Source: Dehalococcoidia bacterium
GTDB lineage: Bacteria > Chloroflexota > Dehalococcoidia > Lucifugimonadales > GCA-2712585
Direction: 5' to 3'
DNA: 64,000 nt
Assembly (NCBI GenBank): GCA_965238215.1
Contig: OZ250180.1
Span: 1,765,524 to 1,829,523 of the forward strand
The position numbers and the translations under genes are program-made. Position 1 is the stretch's first letter; each line of letters begins with the position of its first letter. Positions 1-10,219 of the stretch are shown here, one piece after another. The notes beneath the pieces were generated by a model. That model did not search any database. It saw only the letters and a list, made by a program, of their open reading frames with translations, and was not told where the DNA came from.

Positions 1-603
1 GACCTGAACCTGTTCAACGCCATCCGCGTCGCCGCCAACCCCAACTCCGCCGGTCGGGGCGTTCTCGTGGTGATGAACAACCAGATCCACAACGGGCGGG
101 ATGTTACCAAGACGGACCCCCTCCAAGTGGAGACCTTCAAGGACTCTGACACCGGACTCCTGGGCTACTGCGACCCCGACGGGCAGGTGGCCTTCTACCG
201 CTCAGTGGAGCGAAAGCACACGGTAAACACCCCCTTCGACGTGGAGAAGATGCCCGCGCTGCCCCGCGTGGACATCGTACCCACCTACGCCGGCGCAGAC
301 GAGATGTTGGTGAACGCAGTGCGAACCCACGGTTCCCCGGGCCTGATTCTGGCCGGCGTGGGCGGCGGGAGCGCCGCATCCCCGGCCCCGCGAGCCGCCA
401 TGGAGGCCATGAAGGACGGCATGACGGTTGTGCTGGCTTCCCGAACCGCCAACGGGCGGGTGGTGATGACTCACGGCAAGGAGCGGGACGGTTTCGTTGT
501 GGCCGACAATCTGCTCCCCCACAAGGCGCGCATTCTTCTGATGCTGGCCCTAACCGTCACCCAAGACCGCCAGGCCATCCAGCAGATGTTCTACGAATAC
601 TAG
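1..603 (+). CDS. L-asparaginase (type II family), N-terminus cut by window edge
   Basis: Frame 1 is open from nt 1 (DLNLFNAIRVAANPNSAGRGVLVVMNNQIH...). The GRGVLVVMN, RDVTKT, LPRVDIV and ILAGVGGG blocks fit the asparaginase family. Confidence 0.8.
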   Translation, partial: DLNLFNAIRVAANPNSAGRGVLVVMNNQIHNGRDVTKTDPLQVETFKDSDTGLLGYCDPDGQVAFYRSVERKHTVNTPFDVEKMPALPRVDIVPTYAGADEMLVNAVRTHGSPGLILAGVGGGSAASPAPRAAMEAMKDGMTVVLASRTANGRVVMTHGKERDGFVVADNLLPHKARILLMLALTVTQDRQAIQQMFYEY

Positions 604-629
604 CGAAGGCGTACCTCCCCATAGCCCCG

Positions 630-962
630 TTAGGAACTAGGCGGCCTGCGCTTTAGTTCCTTCTTCAATTCTTCGTTCTCTTGTCTGAGACGCTCTATTT
701 CCGCCTGTCGGCGCTCTTCTTTCTTGCGCCGCTCCTCTTGTCTCCTCAAGGCGTCCTTCAGTAGTCCGGAAATCAAGGCAATCACCCCCTTCGCATTCTG
801 AAAAACCGTTTTGCAGAATATCAGTACGTCCAGCAATACTCCTGTGCCGACCGCGATCGCAATGAAGCTAGTTGATGCGGATTCCGCTACAGCCATGACT
901 GTTTCCCACGGCCCATCAGCATCGTTTATCCATATCTCGTGCCATATGATGAACCCCGTCAT
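630..962 (-). CDS. hypothetical small membrane protein with highly charged coiled-coil tail
   Basis: 110-aa ORF. Hydrophobic segments are followed by RRQEERRKKEERRQAEIERLRQENEELKKELKRR. No family recognised. Lower-GC stretch. Confidence 0.45.
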   Translation of the reverse strand: MTGFIIWHEIWINDADGPWETVMAVAESASTSFIAIAVGTGVLLDVLIFCKTVFQNAKGVIALISGLLKDALRRQEERRKKEERRQAEIERLRQENEELKKELKRRPPSS

Positions 963-1365
963 TATGCTGACGCAGATGGTAAACAGTACCAGGTATTGCC
1001 TTCGCCACTGCCGCGAAACAGACCATAGCGGAACGCGCCCATCCTGATTGTTCGAGGTTACGATTGGGTAAACACGCTATTTCCCCGCCTATCCCCAGCG
1101 GCGGCTTCAACACTCGCTGGCAGACAACCGGCGCATTTTCCCTGCCGGTGTGATTCTATACTACCATTCGTGCATCGCCAATCGTCAAGAACCATCTACC
1201 CCACCTGGCGAGTCCACCGTCCCGCCGTCGCCCCACTTTTCCCCGTATGTCGTTCCCAGTTTTATGTTACCCCGACGCGCCTCTGGCTTATCATGAAGGC
1301 ACCTGTAAACATTCACGGAGAAGGGCCGCGGCCCGTAGCCTCTCGCTACCCGCCGCGGCCTCGGG

Positions 1366-2355
1366 GTGTGCGCTATGCTTCGAACGGGCTTCATATTCCT
1401 TGCGCTTTTGGGCATCTGCCTTCTGGCTGCCTGCGGTCCCAAGGACAAACGCGTCGTCTTCGTTTCTGAACGGGGCGGCGACCTGATGGCCTACACCATG
1501 GCTTCCGACGGCTCGGAAGTTTCCAGCCTACCCTCCGGCGGCGATGAAAGCGTCGCTCCTAGCTGGTCGCCCACTAGAAATCACGTGGCCCTACTCTCTG
1601 TTGACGACGAGGACTCCACCCTCCACATCCTCGCCCAGGAAGGCGACGACTGGGAATCCTGCACCGTCGACGAAGACCAGGTCCTGCACTACAGCTGGGA
1701 CCCCAAGGGAGAGCGCGTAGCCTTCTTGGTGGGAACCTCGGAGGATGCGGACGTCTTCATTACCGACGTGAAGTGCTCTACCGTAGAGCCTCTCACCTAC
1801 GATGGCGGAGCCATGACCTTGGGCAACTGGTCTGAAGATGGCGACTGGGTGGCCTATTCCATCTTGAGCGAGGACGACCAGGGTATATTTCTCCGCAATC
1901 CCAGCGGCGTGGACAGAAAGCGAATCAGCGACAAGGCCGCCACTCAGCTGGCCTATGCGCCCCGGGGCGGCGGCTTTGCCTTCATGACCCAAGACGACGA
2001 GGAAACCCGCATCTGGGCAACCGAAAAAGCCGACCAGCCTCCTGTCAGTATCACCAACCAGGCAGTCTCCGGCTCCACCTTTGCCTGGTCTCCCGACGGC
2101 TCCCGAATAGTCTTCGTCTCTGACCGGGACGGCGATCCGGAGATATATACCATGAAAGCTAACGGCTCCGACCTGCGGCAGCTGACCCAAAATGAGATTG
2201 CCGACACCCTGCCCTCCTGGTCTTCCAATGGGAAGCGTATAATCTTCGTTTCGGACCTTCACGGCAATGGGGAGATCTTCACCATGGACGACGACGGGTC
2301 CAACCAGCAGCGCCTCACCAAGAACGACTATAGCGACACGCAACCCCGCTGGTAG
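1366..2355 (+). CDS. TolB-like PD40 beta-propeller lipoprotein
   Basis: Lipoprotein-type signal peptide (LALLGICLLAACG) followed by repeated W-SPDG..IVF.SDRDG..EIY PD40 motifs. Confidence 0.8.
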   Translation: MCAMLRTGFIFLALLGICLLAACGPKDKRVVFVSERGGDLMAYTMASDGSEVSSLPSGGDESVAPSWSPTRNHVALLSVDDEDSTLHILAQEGDDWESCTVDEDQVLHYSWDPKGERVAFLVGTSEDADVFITDVKCSTVEPLTYDGGAMTLGNWSEDGDWVAYSILSEDDQGIFLRNPSGVDRKRISDKAATQLAYAPRGGGFAFMTQDDEETRIWATEKADQPPVSITNQAVSGSTFAWSPDGSRIVFVSDRDGDPEIYTMKANGSDLRQLTQNEIADTLPSWSSNGKRIIFVSDLHGNGEIFTMDDDGSNQQRLTKNDYSDTQPRW

Positions 2356-2446
2356 CCCCCGGGCCTGATTTCTGCGCAATTCCTGCACGTTTGCCCACCC
2401 TGTGGCATAATTTAACCCTTGGGCCTTCGCCACGTTGCCTTCTCAT

Positions 2447-2517
2447 TGCCCGGTGGTGCAGCGGTAGCACAGCGGACTTTGGATCCGCTGACCCTGGTTC
2501 GAATCCAGGCCGGGCAG
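2447..2517 (+). tRNA. tRNA-Gln (anticodon UUG)
   Basis: Hand-folded cloverleaf: acceptor TGCCCGG/CCGGGCA, D arm GTGC-AGCGGTA-GCAC, anticodon arm GCGGA-CTTTGGA-TCCGC, T arm CCTGG-TTCGAAT-CCAGG. 71 nt, CCA not encoded. Confidence 0.9.
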
Positions 2518-2665
2518 CTTTCCATTAACCTTCCCTTAACGTGCCCCAATCTCTGACGGGTATCCTTTGCTTTCTTGAGTCCGAGAAACAAAATGCTCGA
2601 ACATACCGAATCACAGTTTGCTCTTGAATCCAACCGACCGGCTCCCTGGGGTTGCCAAAGATAGC

Positions 2666-3331
2666 ATGCCGAAAGCTTTCTCCCTCAAGCCCCTAGCTGC
2701 CGAATTCGTCGGGACCTTCCTGCTGGTCTTCGTGGCCACCGGCGTCATCATGGCCAACGAGATTGCCGGCGGACAGATTTCCCATCTTGGAATAGGCCTC
2801 TCTACCGGCCTTGCAGTCACCGTCATCATCTTCGCCCTGGGCCACGTTTCCGGGGCCCACATAAACCCCGCCGTAACCTTCGGCTTTGCCCTCGGTGGAC
2901 ATCTGCCCTGGCGTACCGTTCCCGGCTACTTGATCGCCCAAATGGCCGGCGGAATTCTTGCCAGCGCCGTCCTACTTGTCCTGTTGGGCAGCGTGGCCTA
3001 CCAGGGCGCAAGTCTGCCCGCCGTGGGCACGTCCCAGGCCCTGGGACTGGAAGTCGTCCTAACCTTCCTGCTCATGCTGGTGATAGTCGCCGTGGCTACC
3101 GATTCCAAAGCCCAAGGGCAGCTGGCGGCTCTGGCTATCGGAGCGACGGTTGCCCTGGAAATCATCTTTGCCGGCACCCTCTCCGGCTCCTCCATGAATC
3201 CCGCCCGCTCCCTCAGCCCCGCCCTCGTCGGCTGGACCTGGACCGGCCAGTGGATATTCGTCGTCGGCCCATTGGTGGGCGCCGCGATTGCCGTCATATT
3301 CTACGGCTGGATTCGCGAGGATGATGACTAG
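2666..3331 (+). CDS. MIP-family channel (aquaporin/glyceroporin-like)
   Basis: Two NPA boxes (HINPAVT, SMNPARS) and six hydrophobic segments. ATG 2666 chosen inside the longer ORF 2618..3331. Confidence 0.9.
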   Translation: MPKAFSLKPLAAEFVGTFLLVFVATGVIMANEIAGGQISHLGIGLSTGLAVTVIIFALGHVSGAHINPAVTFGFALGGHLPWRTVPGYLIAQMAGGILASAVLLVLLGSVAYQGASLPAVGTSQALGLEVVLTFLLMLVIVAVATDSKAQGQLAALAIGATVALEIIFAGTLSGSSMNPARSLSPALVGWTWTGQWIFVVGPLVGAAIAVIFYGWIREDDD

Positions 3332-3393
3332 CGAGCTTCCGCCGTCTTCACAATTTCTTAGAATTTCTCATCCATAGTGAGCGGGATTACTTT

Positions 3394-3431
3394 GGAAGGG
3401 CGAAGCATCTTCTCTATGTGATCGCCCTTCC
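3394..3431. other. perfect 10-bp stem hairpin (GGAAGGGCGA / TCGCCCTTCC, 18-nt loop) between the aquaporin and efflux genes
   Basis: Read directly. It overlaps the first codons of the longest ORF (3418), which argues for a downstream start of the adaptor gene. Confidence 0.4.
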
Positions 3432-3507
3432 GGTTGCCACTAGGCAGCGCTTGGTCGATAATTTTAATAGGTCACACTTAAATGGACATCTTAACAGGAG
3501 AAACGGA

Positions 3508-5634
3508 TTGGGAGACGCAATAATTAACATCCTCAGGGGCCTCGGCATATGGCGAATGAGCCTGCTTCTCCTCCTGCTTCTGGCGTCCGCAGGGGCCGTC
3601 TACGGCGTCTATCTGTGGGTAGGCCAGGAAGAATCGGACACCCTTGAGGAAGACCAGCAGATAGTCGCCGTCGCCGAAGGGAATCTGGTCAACCAGGTCG
3701 TCATAAGCGGCAGCCTGCTGTTTCCCACGCGCGAAACTCTGAAGTTCGGCAGCAGCGGTGTGGTGGAGGATATCCGCGTCGAAGAAGGCGACTACGTGGA
3801 GGCAGGACAGGTCATCGCCGCCCTTGACGTGGAAACCCTGGCTACCCTTCGTCAGGAGATCGACGATGCTCGAGTGAAGATTCAGGACACCGAGCAGGTT
3901 ATCACCGACCTGAACAACTCTTTCACCGCCCTGGACGTGGTACTGGCCGAGGAGAAAATCGTCAAAGCGAGAGTTTCTCTAAGAGACGCCGAGGACGCGC
4001 TGGAGGATCTTTTCACCCTCCCTGATCTTGAAAATGAAATTGTCAGGGCGGAATCAGACGTGGAGAAGGTCAAGTTGGATCTGGCCAAGGCCGAGGACGC
4101 TTTGGTCAAACTGAACGCTGGCGCCGACCCCGACGACGTAGAACGGGCCGTGGCGAAGATAGATTCCCTTGAGGTTTCCCTGGAGAACGCCCAGCAGGAC
4201 CTCGCCCTCTTGGACGACGATTGGGATGCCAAGCTCGATGCCGCCGCGGATGTTCGGGACGACGCTCTAGCCGAATATCAAGACAAAATACTCAGCTATC
4301 TGGGCGCGGACGTTAGCCTCGAAGACTCCCTCCTCCCGCCACAGGAAATGCTGGCCCAATGGGGGACGAGCTTGGAGGCCCTGTTCACTCCCCCGCAGCT
4401 GGATTACTCTGACATTGCCGAACAACTGCAGCAGTTCCAGGAGGATCCCGACACCCCGTGGAGCGAGACTGTGATTCAAGGCTGGACCATATTCTTTGTC
4501 GGCTCCATCACCCCCGTTTGTGAAGAAGACGCAATCCTCGCTCCCTATCAGACCTGCATCAGCCGGGAGCTTGACCCTCTCTGGCAAGAGATCGATGAGG
4601 CCCGCGGCTCCCTGGACAACATTCAAAAGCAGTTCGCCGCCGCCCGCTCCAAGTCGGAGGAAGGCATCGGCAACATCGAGCAGTCCCTAACAGACGCTCA
4701 AACGGCCCTCGGCGGTCTTTTCGAGCCTCCCGACCCACTGGATGTGGAAACCGCCCGGTTCAACATCTTCCAGGCCCACCTGGCCTTGTCGGAGGCTAGG
4801 GAAAAGGTAGCTGACCTTAAGGAGCAGCTTCTGGAGAAGCCGGAGCCCATCGACGTGGAAGCTAAAGCCAAGGCCATTGAGTCCGCTCAAGCGTCCCTGA
4901 CTCAGGCGGAGGAGGACCTGCAATCCCTCTTTGCCCCGCCGGACCCGTTGGAGCTAACCCTGCTGGAAAGTCAACTGGTCACCGCTGGAATCGCCCTCGA
5001 CGCCGCCAAGTCCCGGCTAACATCCACCGTCGTCGTTGCCCCCTGGGGCGGCCTGGTGGCAAGCGTCGGCGTGGAGAAGGGGGACGAAGTCACCCGCAAC
5101 ACTGACGTGGTGGAGATTGTCGACCCCCTCGACGTGGAGGTGGACGGCATAATCGACGAGATTGACGTTCTTTCCGTTCATGTTGGCGACCAAGCCACGG
5201 TGCTCATGGACGCCCTCCCCGGGGAAATTCTAACCGGCGTTGTCTCCAGCATCGGCGCTGGCGCCACCAACCAACAGGGAGTCGTCACCTACCCCATCCG
5301 TGTGCGCATGAACGTTCCCGCAGCCCTCAACCTCATCGAGGGATTGAGCGCCGTTGCGGAAGTGGTCATCCAAGAGGAACGAGGCCTCCTCATTCCGGTG
5401 CAGGCCGTCATGGGCCGCTTCGACGCTCCCATCGTCCAGGTTATGGAGGCCGGCCTGATTCAGCAACGGGCCGTCACCCTGGGAATCAGCGACGACTTCT
5501 GGGTCATCGTCACCTCCGGCTTGGTCGAAGGCGAGCAAGTGGTGTTCCAGGCCCCCGAATCCTCGGGCTTCCAATTCGGCGGATTCCGTGGCGGCGGCGC
5601 CGGATTCATAATGCGCGGCGGGCCGGGCCGCTAG
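3508..5634 (+). CDS. HlyD/MacA-type periplasmic adaptor with greatly expanded coiled-coil insert
   Basis: N-terminal TM ([19 protein letters not shown]). Split lipoyl domain ([22 protein letters not shown] ... [20 protein letters not shown]) and a beta-barrel/MP domain. Sits upstream of an ABC ATPase and FtsX permease. TTG 3508 has AGGAG 7 nt upstream; ATG 3556 is also possible. Confidence 0.8.
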   Translation: MGDAIINILRGLGIWRMSLLLLLLLASAGAVYGVYLWVGQEESDTLEEDQQIVAVAEGNLVNQVVISGSLLFPTRETLKFGSSGVVEDIRVEEGDYVEAGQVIAALDVETLATLRQEIDDARVKIQDTEQVITDLNNSFTALDVVLAEEKIVKARVSLRDAEDALEDLFTLPDLENEIVRAESDVEKVKLDLAKAEDALVKLNAGADPDDVERAVAKIDSLEVSLENAQQDLALLDDDWDAKLDAAADVRDDALAEYQDKILSYLGADVSLEDSLLPPQEMLAQWGTSLEALFTPPQLDYSDIAEQLQQFQEDPDTPWSETVIQGWTIFFVGSITPVCEEDAILAPYQTCISRELDPLWQEIDEARGSLDNIQKQFAAARSKSEEGIGNIEQSLTDAQTALGGLFEPPDPLDVETARFNIFQAHLALSEAREKVADLKEQLLEKPEPIDVEAKAKAIESAQASLTQAEEDLQSLFAPPDPLELTLLESQLVTAGIALDAAKSRLTSTVVVAPWGGLVASVGVEKGDEVTRNTDVVEIVDPLDVEVDGIIDEIDVLSVHVGDQATVLMDALPGEILTGVVSSIGAGATNQQGVVTYPIRVRMNVPAALNLIEGLSAVAEVVIQEERGLLIPVQAVMGRFDAPIVQVMEAGLIQQRAVTLGISDDFWVIVTSGLVEGEQVVFQAPESSGFQFGGFRGGGAGFIMRGGPGR

Positions 5635-5651
5635 CGGCTGTCGCGCCCACC

Positions 5652-6338
5652 ATGATCATCCTCGAAGGGGTCTCCAAGGTGTACAACCTGGGCAGCGTAC
5701 AGGTCACCGCCCTCGATGGCGTGGACCTTTCTATCGCTCGCGGAGAAATGGTCGCGGTCATGGGCGTCTCCGGCTCCGGCAAGTCCACGCTGATGAACAT
5801 CATCGGCTGCCTTGACGTTCCCACCTCCGGCTCCTATTCCCTGGACGGCGAGGACGTGGGCGCGTTGGGTGACGACCAGTTGGCCTACATTCGTAACCGG
5901 AAAGTCGGCTTCGTCTTCCAGACCTACAACCTGCTGCCCCGTCTCAGCGCCCTGGCCAACGTGGAGCTTCCCCTCCTCTACGGGCGGGACCGGCGGCGGC
6001 GACGCCAACGCGCCCGAGAAGCCCTTGAGCACGTCGGCCTCGGTGACCGGATGCGCCACCGGCCCGCCGAGCTCTCCGGCGGTCAGCAGCAGCGCGTCGG
6101 CATAGCCCGAGCCCTCGTCAAAGAACCCGCCATCCTCCTCGCCGACGAACCAACAGGCAACCTCGACAGCCGTTCCAGCGAAGAGATTATCGATATTCTC
6201 ACCCGCCTTAACCGGGAGGAGGGCATCACTGTAATCGTCGTCACCCACGCCCCCGAGATAGCTGCCCGCACCAACCGAGTTATTTCCATGCTGGACGGGC
6301 GAATCGTGGGCGACAAAACCACGGAGTTGGCCCGCTAG
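5652..6338 (+). CDS. ABC transporter ATP-binding protein (MacB/LolD type)
   Basis: Walker [10 protein letters not shown], signature LSGGQQQRV, Walker B ILLADEPT. Confidence 0.9.
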   Translation: MIILEGVSKVYNLGSVQVTALDGVDLSIARGEMVAVMGVSGSGKSTLMNIIGCLDVPTSGSYSLDGEDVGALGDDQLAYIRNRKVGFVFQTYNLLPRLSALANVELPLLYGRDRRRRRQRAREALEHVGLGDRMRHRPAELSGGQQQRVGIARALVKEPAILLADEPTGNLDSRSSEEIIDILTRLNREEGITVIVVTHAPEIAARTNRVISMLDGRIVGDKTTELAR

Positions 6339-7583
6339 ATGAACCCGCTGGACACCGCACGATCCGCCCTGACGTCCCTCTGGGCCAGTAAGCTCCGCTC
6401 CAGCCTCACCGTATTGGGCATCGTCATAGGCGTTGCCGCCGTCATCTCCCTCATGTCCATCGGCCGGGGAGCGCAAGCCTCCATAACCGAGACCATCCAA
6501 TCCCTGGGCACCAACCTCCTCTTCGTCCAGCCCGGCGCGTCCAGCTTTGGCGGCATCTTCTTCGGCCAGGGTTCGGCTTCCACCCTGACCCTGGAGGACG
6601 CCGAGGCCATTGCCGACTCTGCTGCAATTCCCTCTGTTTCAGCTGTGGCCCCGGAGTTAAGCACGTCCGGCCAGCTAGTCTACGGCAGGCAAAACACCTT
6701 CACTCAGGTTCTGGGCGTAACCCCCGAATATATGGACGTGCGTAACCTGGAACTCGCTACCGGCGCCTTCATCTCCGAGGGTCACGTGGTCAACCGCTCC
6801 GAGGTAATCGTACTTGGGTCCTTCGTTTCCGAGACCCTCTTCGGTCTCCGCGACCCCGTAGGACAGACCGTCAAGGTAAACGGTCGCCCCTTCACGATTA
6901 TCGGAGTGCTGGATTCCATGGGCGGCGGCCCCTTTGGCCTCTTTGACGACCAGGTCTTGGTGCCCATAACCACCGCCTACTACCGGCTCGCTTCCGAGCG
7001 CACCACCCAGGGGGACGTGACTGTCAACCTAATCAGCGTCCAGGTGCAGGACGAGTCCCTCATGGACCAAGCCGAGGCGCAAATCGCCACTCTCCTCCGT
7101 CTGCGCCACCGTGTGACGGGGGAAGATGACTTCACCATCAACAACCAGCAGGACACCCTGGAAACCCTGGAGGAGACCACCGACACTTTTGTAATGTTTC
7201 TCGGTGCCATTGCAGGCATATCCCTGCTTGTGGGCGGCATCGGCATAATGAACATAATGCTGGTCTCTGTCACGGAGCGCACCCGGGAGATCGGCATCCG
7301 CAAGGCTATGGGCGCCACCCGCCGAGACATCCTGGTGCAGTTCATGGCGGAGGCCATCGTTCTCAGCATCGGCGGCGGCGGCATCGGCGTTCTGGCGGGC
7401 GTGACCCTCTCCCGTCTCATCGATGGCCGTACCCTCTTTGGACAGGCCTTTGAAACGGTGTTCAGCGGAGATATCGTCATCCTGGCCCTACTTGTATCCG
7501 CCGCCATCGGCCTGTTCTTTGGCATCTACCCCGCCATGCGCGCAGCGCGGCAGCATCCCATCGACGCCCTGCGGTACGAATAA
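6339..7583 (+). CDS. ABC transporter permease, FtsX/MacB-like
   Basis: N-terminal TM, large periplasmic domain and C-terminal FtsX-type helices (REIGIRKAMGA motif). The start abuts the ATPase stop. Confidence 0.9.
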   Translation: MNPLDTARSALTSLWASKLRSSLTVLGIVIGVAAVISLMSIGRGAQASITETIQSLGTNLLFVQPGASSFGGIFFGQGSASTLTLEDAEAIADSAAIPSVSAVAPELSTSGQLVYGRQNTFTQVLGVTPEYMDVRNLELATGAFISEGHVVNRSEVIVLGSFVSETLFGLRDPVGQTVKVNGRPFTIIGVLDSMGGGPFGLFDDQVLVPITTAYYRLASERTTQGDVTVNLISVQVQDESLMDQAEAQIATLLRLRHRVTGEDDFTINNQQDTLETLEETTDTFVMFLGAIAGISLLVGGIGIMNIMLVSVTERTREIGIRKAMGATRRDILVQFMAEAIVLSIGGGGIGVLAGVTLSRLIDGRTLFGQAFETVFSGDIVILALLVSAAIGLFFGIYPAMRAARQHPIDALRYE

Positions 7584-7680
7584 GAGGGGAAGGTCCCGTC
7601 AGTATCGTGCAAATCTCACCGATAGTAGATAGACCACCCCAAACCCTTGGGGAGCGCCTTCCAAAGGAGAAGAAAATCTC

Positions 7681-8367
7681 ATGACAAAGTCTTTCGTGGT
7701 TGTAGCAGCCATATTCATACTGGTGGGAGGCAGCATCGGCGGGGCCTTCACCGGCGGCGTGATTCTGGGTCGAAACCAGGCGGAGAGCGAAGCCCCCGCC
7801 GCGGCCAACTTCGTTCCGCCCCAAGACTTCGCTGGCCAGGCCGCCGCTCTACGACAGATGGCGGGTCAGTTCCCCGCGTCAGGTGCAGAAGGCAGGGGTT
7901 CAACTGTCTTGCGAGAGGGATTCGCTGGAACTGCGGCGGGCCAAGACTCACTCTCGGCAGCCTCCGATTCGCCGACTGAAGCGCCCGCCTCCTCAGATGA
8001 CGCGGGCGCAACAGCCGGTGCCGCCGGACAGCCCGGCTTTTCAGGCTTTGGCCGCGGCCTGGGCCCCTTCGGCGGTGGAGGAGCAACCTTCGGGACCATC
8101 GATTCCATAGGCGAAGGCGTCGTAGTCATCAACACCCCCCAAGGCCCGGTGGAAGCCGCCATAAGCTCGGAAACGGTCATCCAGGTCTTCTCCGCAGGCG
8201 TACTAGACGACTTGGAGGAGGGTATGTCGGTCACGGTGATGGGCCAGGAAGATGCCGAATCCGGTAAGCTGGAGGCGATGACCGTAATCGTCCTACCCGG
8301 GGAAATGGGCGCGATGCCTGTCCTACCGGGATCCCCCAACCGTCCCCGAGGAGGCTTCCGTCCGTAG
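7681..8367 (+). CDS. hypothetical membrane-anchored Gly/Ala-rich protein
   Basis: AAAGGAG SD, N-terminal TM, long low-complexity linker and a small C-terminal beta-rich domain. No family recognised. Confidence 0.6.
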   Translation: MTKSFVVVAAIFILVGGSIGGAFTGGVILGRNQAESEAPAAANFVPPQDFAGQAAALRQMAGQFPASGAEGRGSTVLREGFAGTAAGQDSLSAASDSPTEAPASSDDAGATAGAAGQPGFSGFGRGLGPFGGGGATFGTIDSIGEGVVVINTPQGPVEAAISSETVIQVFSAGVLDDLEEGMSVTVMGQEDAESGKLEAMTVIVLPGEMGAMPVLPGSPNRPRGGFRP

Positions 8368-8387
8368 GGGCGGTTCGGGAACCGCCC
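8368..8387. terminator. GC-rich palindromic hairpin (GGGCGGTTC gg GAACCGCCC) between convergent stops
   Basis: Lies between stop 8365-8367 (+) and stop 8396-8398 (-). It belongs to the same hairpin module as 9729-9748 and the 40.5-kb array. No U-tract. Confidence 0.45.
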
Positions 8388-8395
8388 TCCCGCCC

Positions 8396-9490
8396 CTAGT
8401 CCCCCTTGGCTCCGGTAACGTCCTTGCGCTCGAAGCGCCAGAAGGCCGCGGCGCCCAGCGCCACCGTGTACGCCAGTATCACCAGGAAGTAGTGCATTGC
8501 CCCCAGGTCTCCGTCCGCTCTGATCCCAAGGGTCACCTGTATCACGTCGTCGTGGGCCATCCAGGCCGCCACGTTGGGCCCTAGAATGAAGTTGGCCACC
8601 GGCTCGAACCAGTCGAACAACTCGCTCAGTATGCCCGTCACTATGGCCTCTATCATGTAGTATCCCATCACTATGGCAATGCCGACGCCCGTGGAGGAGG
8701 TCAGAACGGCAAAGAATATGGCCAGCATCAGGTACGGCACGATCCCGTAGAACGTCTTGCCGAACACGATGAACGTCGTTGCCCACTCCCCTTCCGTCCA
8801 ATCCCCGCCCACGTGCCTCACCAGCACGGTGAACAGAAGGCTGGTCAGGACCAGCGCCAGGGCCGTCACCAGCAGGCCACCGGCGGCCACCGCCAGCAGC
8901 GTCACAACCTTGGATGTGAGGAATTTCCTCCGGGCCACTCCGCTAACCAGGCTGGTCCGGAGGGTGCCCCAGGAATACTCCGTACCCATCACCGAGGCGG
9001 CCAGGACCATCGTCAGAACAATGCCCATAAACGCCGCCGCACCCAGCCCGTTGGATATGCTGGCGGGCATGATGAAGAACTTCCGGCTCTCGCTCTCCTG
9101 CAGGCCGCTATCGTCTTCGCACACCGTGCTGAGATAATCCTCGATCTCCGCCATAACCTTCGCCCGGTCCTCCGGGGGAAGGGCTGCGACTGATTGCGGA
9201 ATACCTCCGTCTTGCAGTTCGTCGCAGGTGAAGCTCACCTCCACGGCACGACCTTCGGCGTCCGACGTCTCAATCCCGTAGACGACTTCGCCTTGAAAGG
9301 CGTCACCGGATATGTCGCCCCGATATATGAAGTAGCTGCTCACCACGCCAATTTGCGGGAACAGTACGAGGAAGGCCAGCAGGATCCACGGCATCCAACG
9401 ACGCCGCAGCTTAAACCACTCCCAGAGGCTGAGACGCAAGATGCCAAGGGACCAATCTGAAACGGCTCTCAAGGACGCCCTCCAACGCAA
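8396..9490 (-). CDS. ABC-2-type transporter permease-like membrane protein
   Basis: N-terminal TM, large extracytoplasmic loop and five C-terminal TM segments, typical of ABC-2 permeases. No adjacent ATPase. Confidence 0.5.
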   Translation of the reverse strand: MRWRASLRAVSDWSLGILRLSLWEWFKLRRRWMPWILLAFLVLFPQIGVVSSYFIYRGDISGDAFQGEVVYGIETSDAEGRAVEVSFTCDELQDGGIPQSVAALPPEDRAKVMAEIEDYLSTVCEDDSGLQESESRKFFIMPASISNGLGAAAFMGIVLTMVLAASVMGTEYSWGTLRTSLVSGVARRKFLTSKVVTLLAVAAGGLLVTALALVLTSLLFTVLVRHVGGDWTEGEWATTFIVFGKTFYGIVPYLMLAIFFAVLTSSTGVGIAIVMGYYMIEAIVTGILSELFDWFEPVANFILGPNVAAWMAHDDVIQVTLGIRADGDLGAMHYFLVILAYTVALGAAAFWRFERKDVTGAKGD

Positions 9491-9630
9491 ACGCTTTTAC
9501 CGGCCCGATACACTATGACATAATTGCCCTACCCAAACAACGACGCTTTCCCCACTGTCCTTCCGAACGCAGCGCGGCGCACCCCACACATGTCATAACT
9601 ATGAAGATAGCCCGTTCATCGCCTACAAAT

Positions 9631-10020
9631 CCCTTCCCCCTTGATGGGGGAAGGTTAGAGCCTGCCCTCGTGAAGACGGGGGATGGGGGTGAACCCAGTG
9701 CCCGACAATATTCTCCTTCCGTCCGTACGGGCGGTTCGCGAACCGCCCCCGTCCCCTACTGCCATCCCCCCATTGCCGTAAATCACCCTACCCTGCTACC
9801 CTTCCTGTGGGAAACCCATGCACCTTAACAAGACAACGCGCAAATTCACCCCAAAACGGACTCGTTTGCCCGACTTTTTTCAAACGAATCTCCACGCCTG
9901 AAACGATTAATTTCAGGCACGAATTCACTCCGATTCGATTTCCCTAACGAATCATTTCCACGCCTAGCCTCTCCAAAACGAATGCACCCTCTTCCCCCAA
10001 TCCAATCCCTACCCACCCCA
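9631..10020. repeat. mosaic intergenic repeat block (hairpin modules plus one copy related to the 196-bp unit at 39.5 kb)
   Basis: CCTTCCCCC-ttgat-GGGGGAAGG (9632-9654). cctgccctcgtgaagacggggg (9661-). GGGCGGTTCGCGAACCGCCC (9729-9748). tgccatccccccattgccgtaaatc... and aaacgaatc...ctgaaacgattaat match the 39456-39905 unit. Confidence 0.7.
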
Positions 10021-10219
10021 CGGCGCTTTCCACAAGATTTTTCCCTAGCCTACGCGCCTTTGAGAACAGCTATGGCCTTGCGAAAGTCATGCATCGGGAA
10101 GAAAATGGCGTTTGTCATAGCAATCACAACGGCGACCCTTCAGAATACCGGAAACAGCCAAGCATGGTGATTGGCTCCAACACCCTGATAGAATAGAAGT
10201 CCGCCAAAGCATCGTTGCC

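Noticed and set aside
1591-2433. 280-aa antisense ORF opposite the TolB-like gene. Similar shadow ORFs: 5631..6500, 7866..8801, 14419..15237, 15977..16813, 26319..27263, 27732..28433, 31693..32385, 32276..33379, 37322..37876, 38002..38688, 49687..50523, 62168..63013
   Set aside because: Each lies opposite a gene with clear family motifs and has Arg/Gly/Pro/His-rich, motif-free sequence. These are typical high-GC shadow frames.
2518-2665. tRNA-Gln as an integration site for a genomic island
   Set aside because: There is no integrase, no duplicated tRNA 3' end and no compositional break. The next gene is an ordinary aquaporin.
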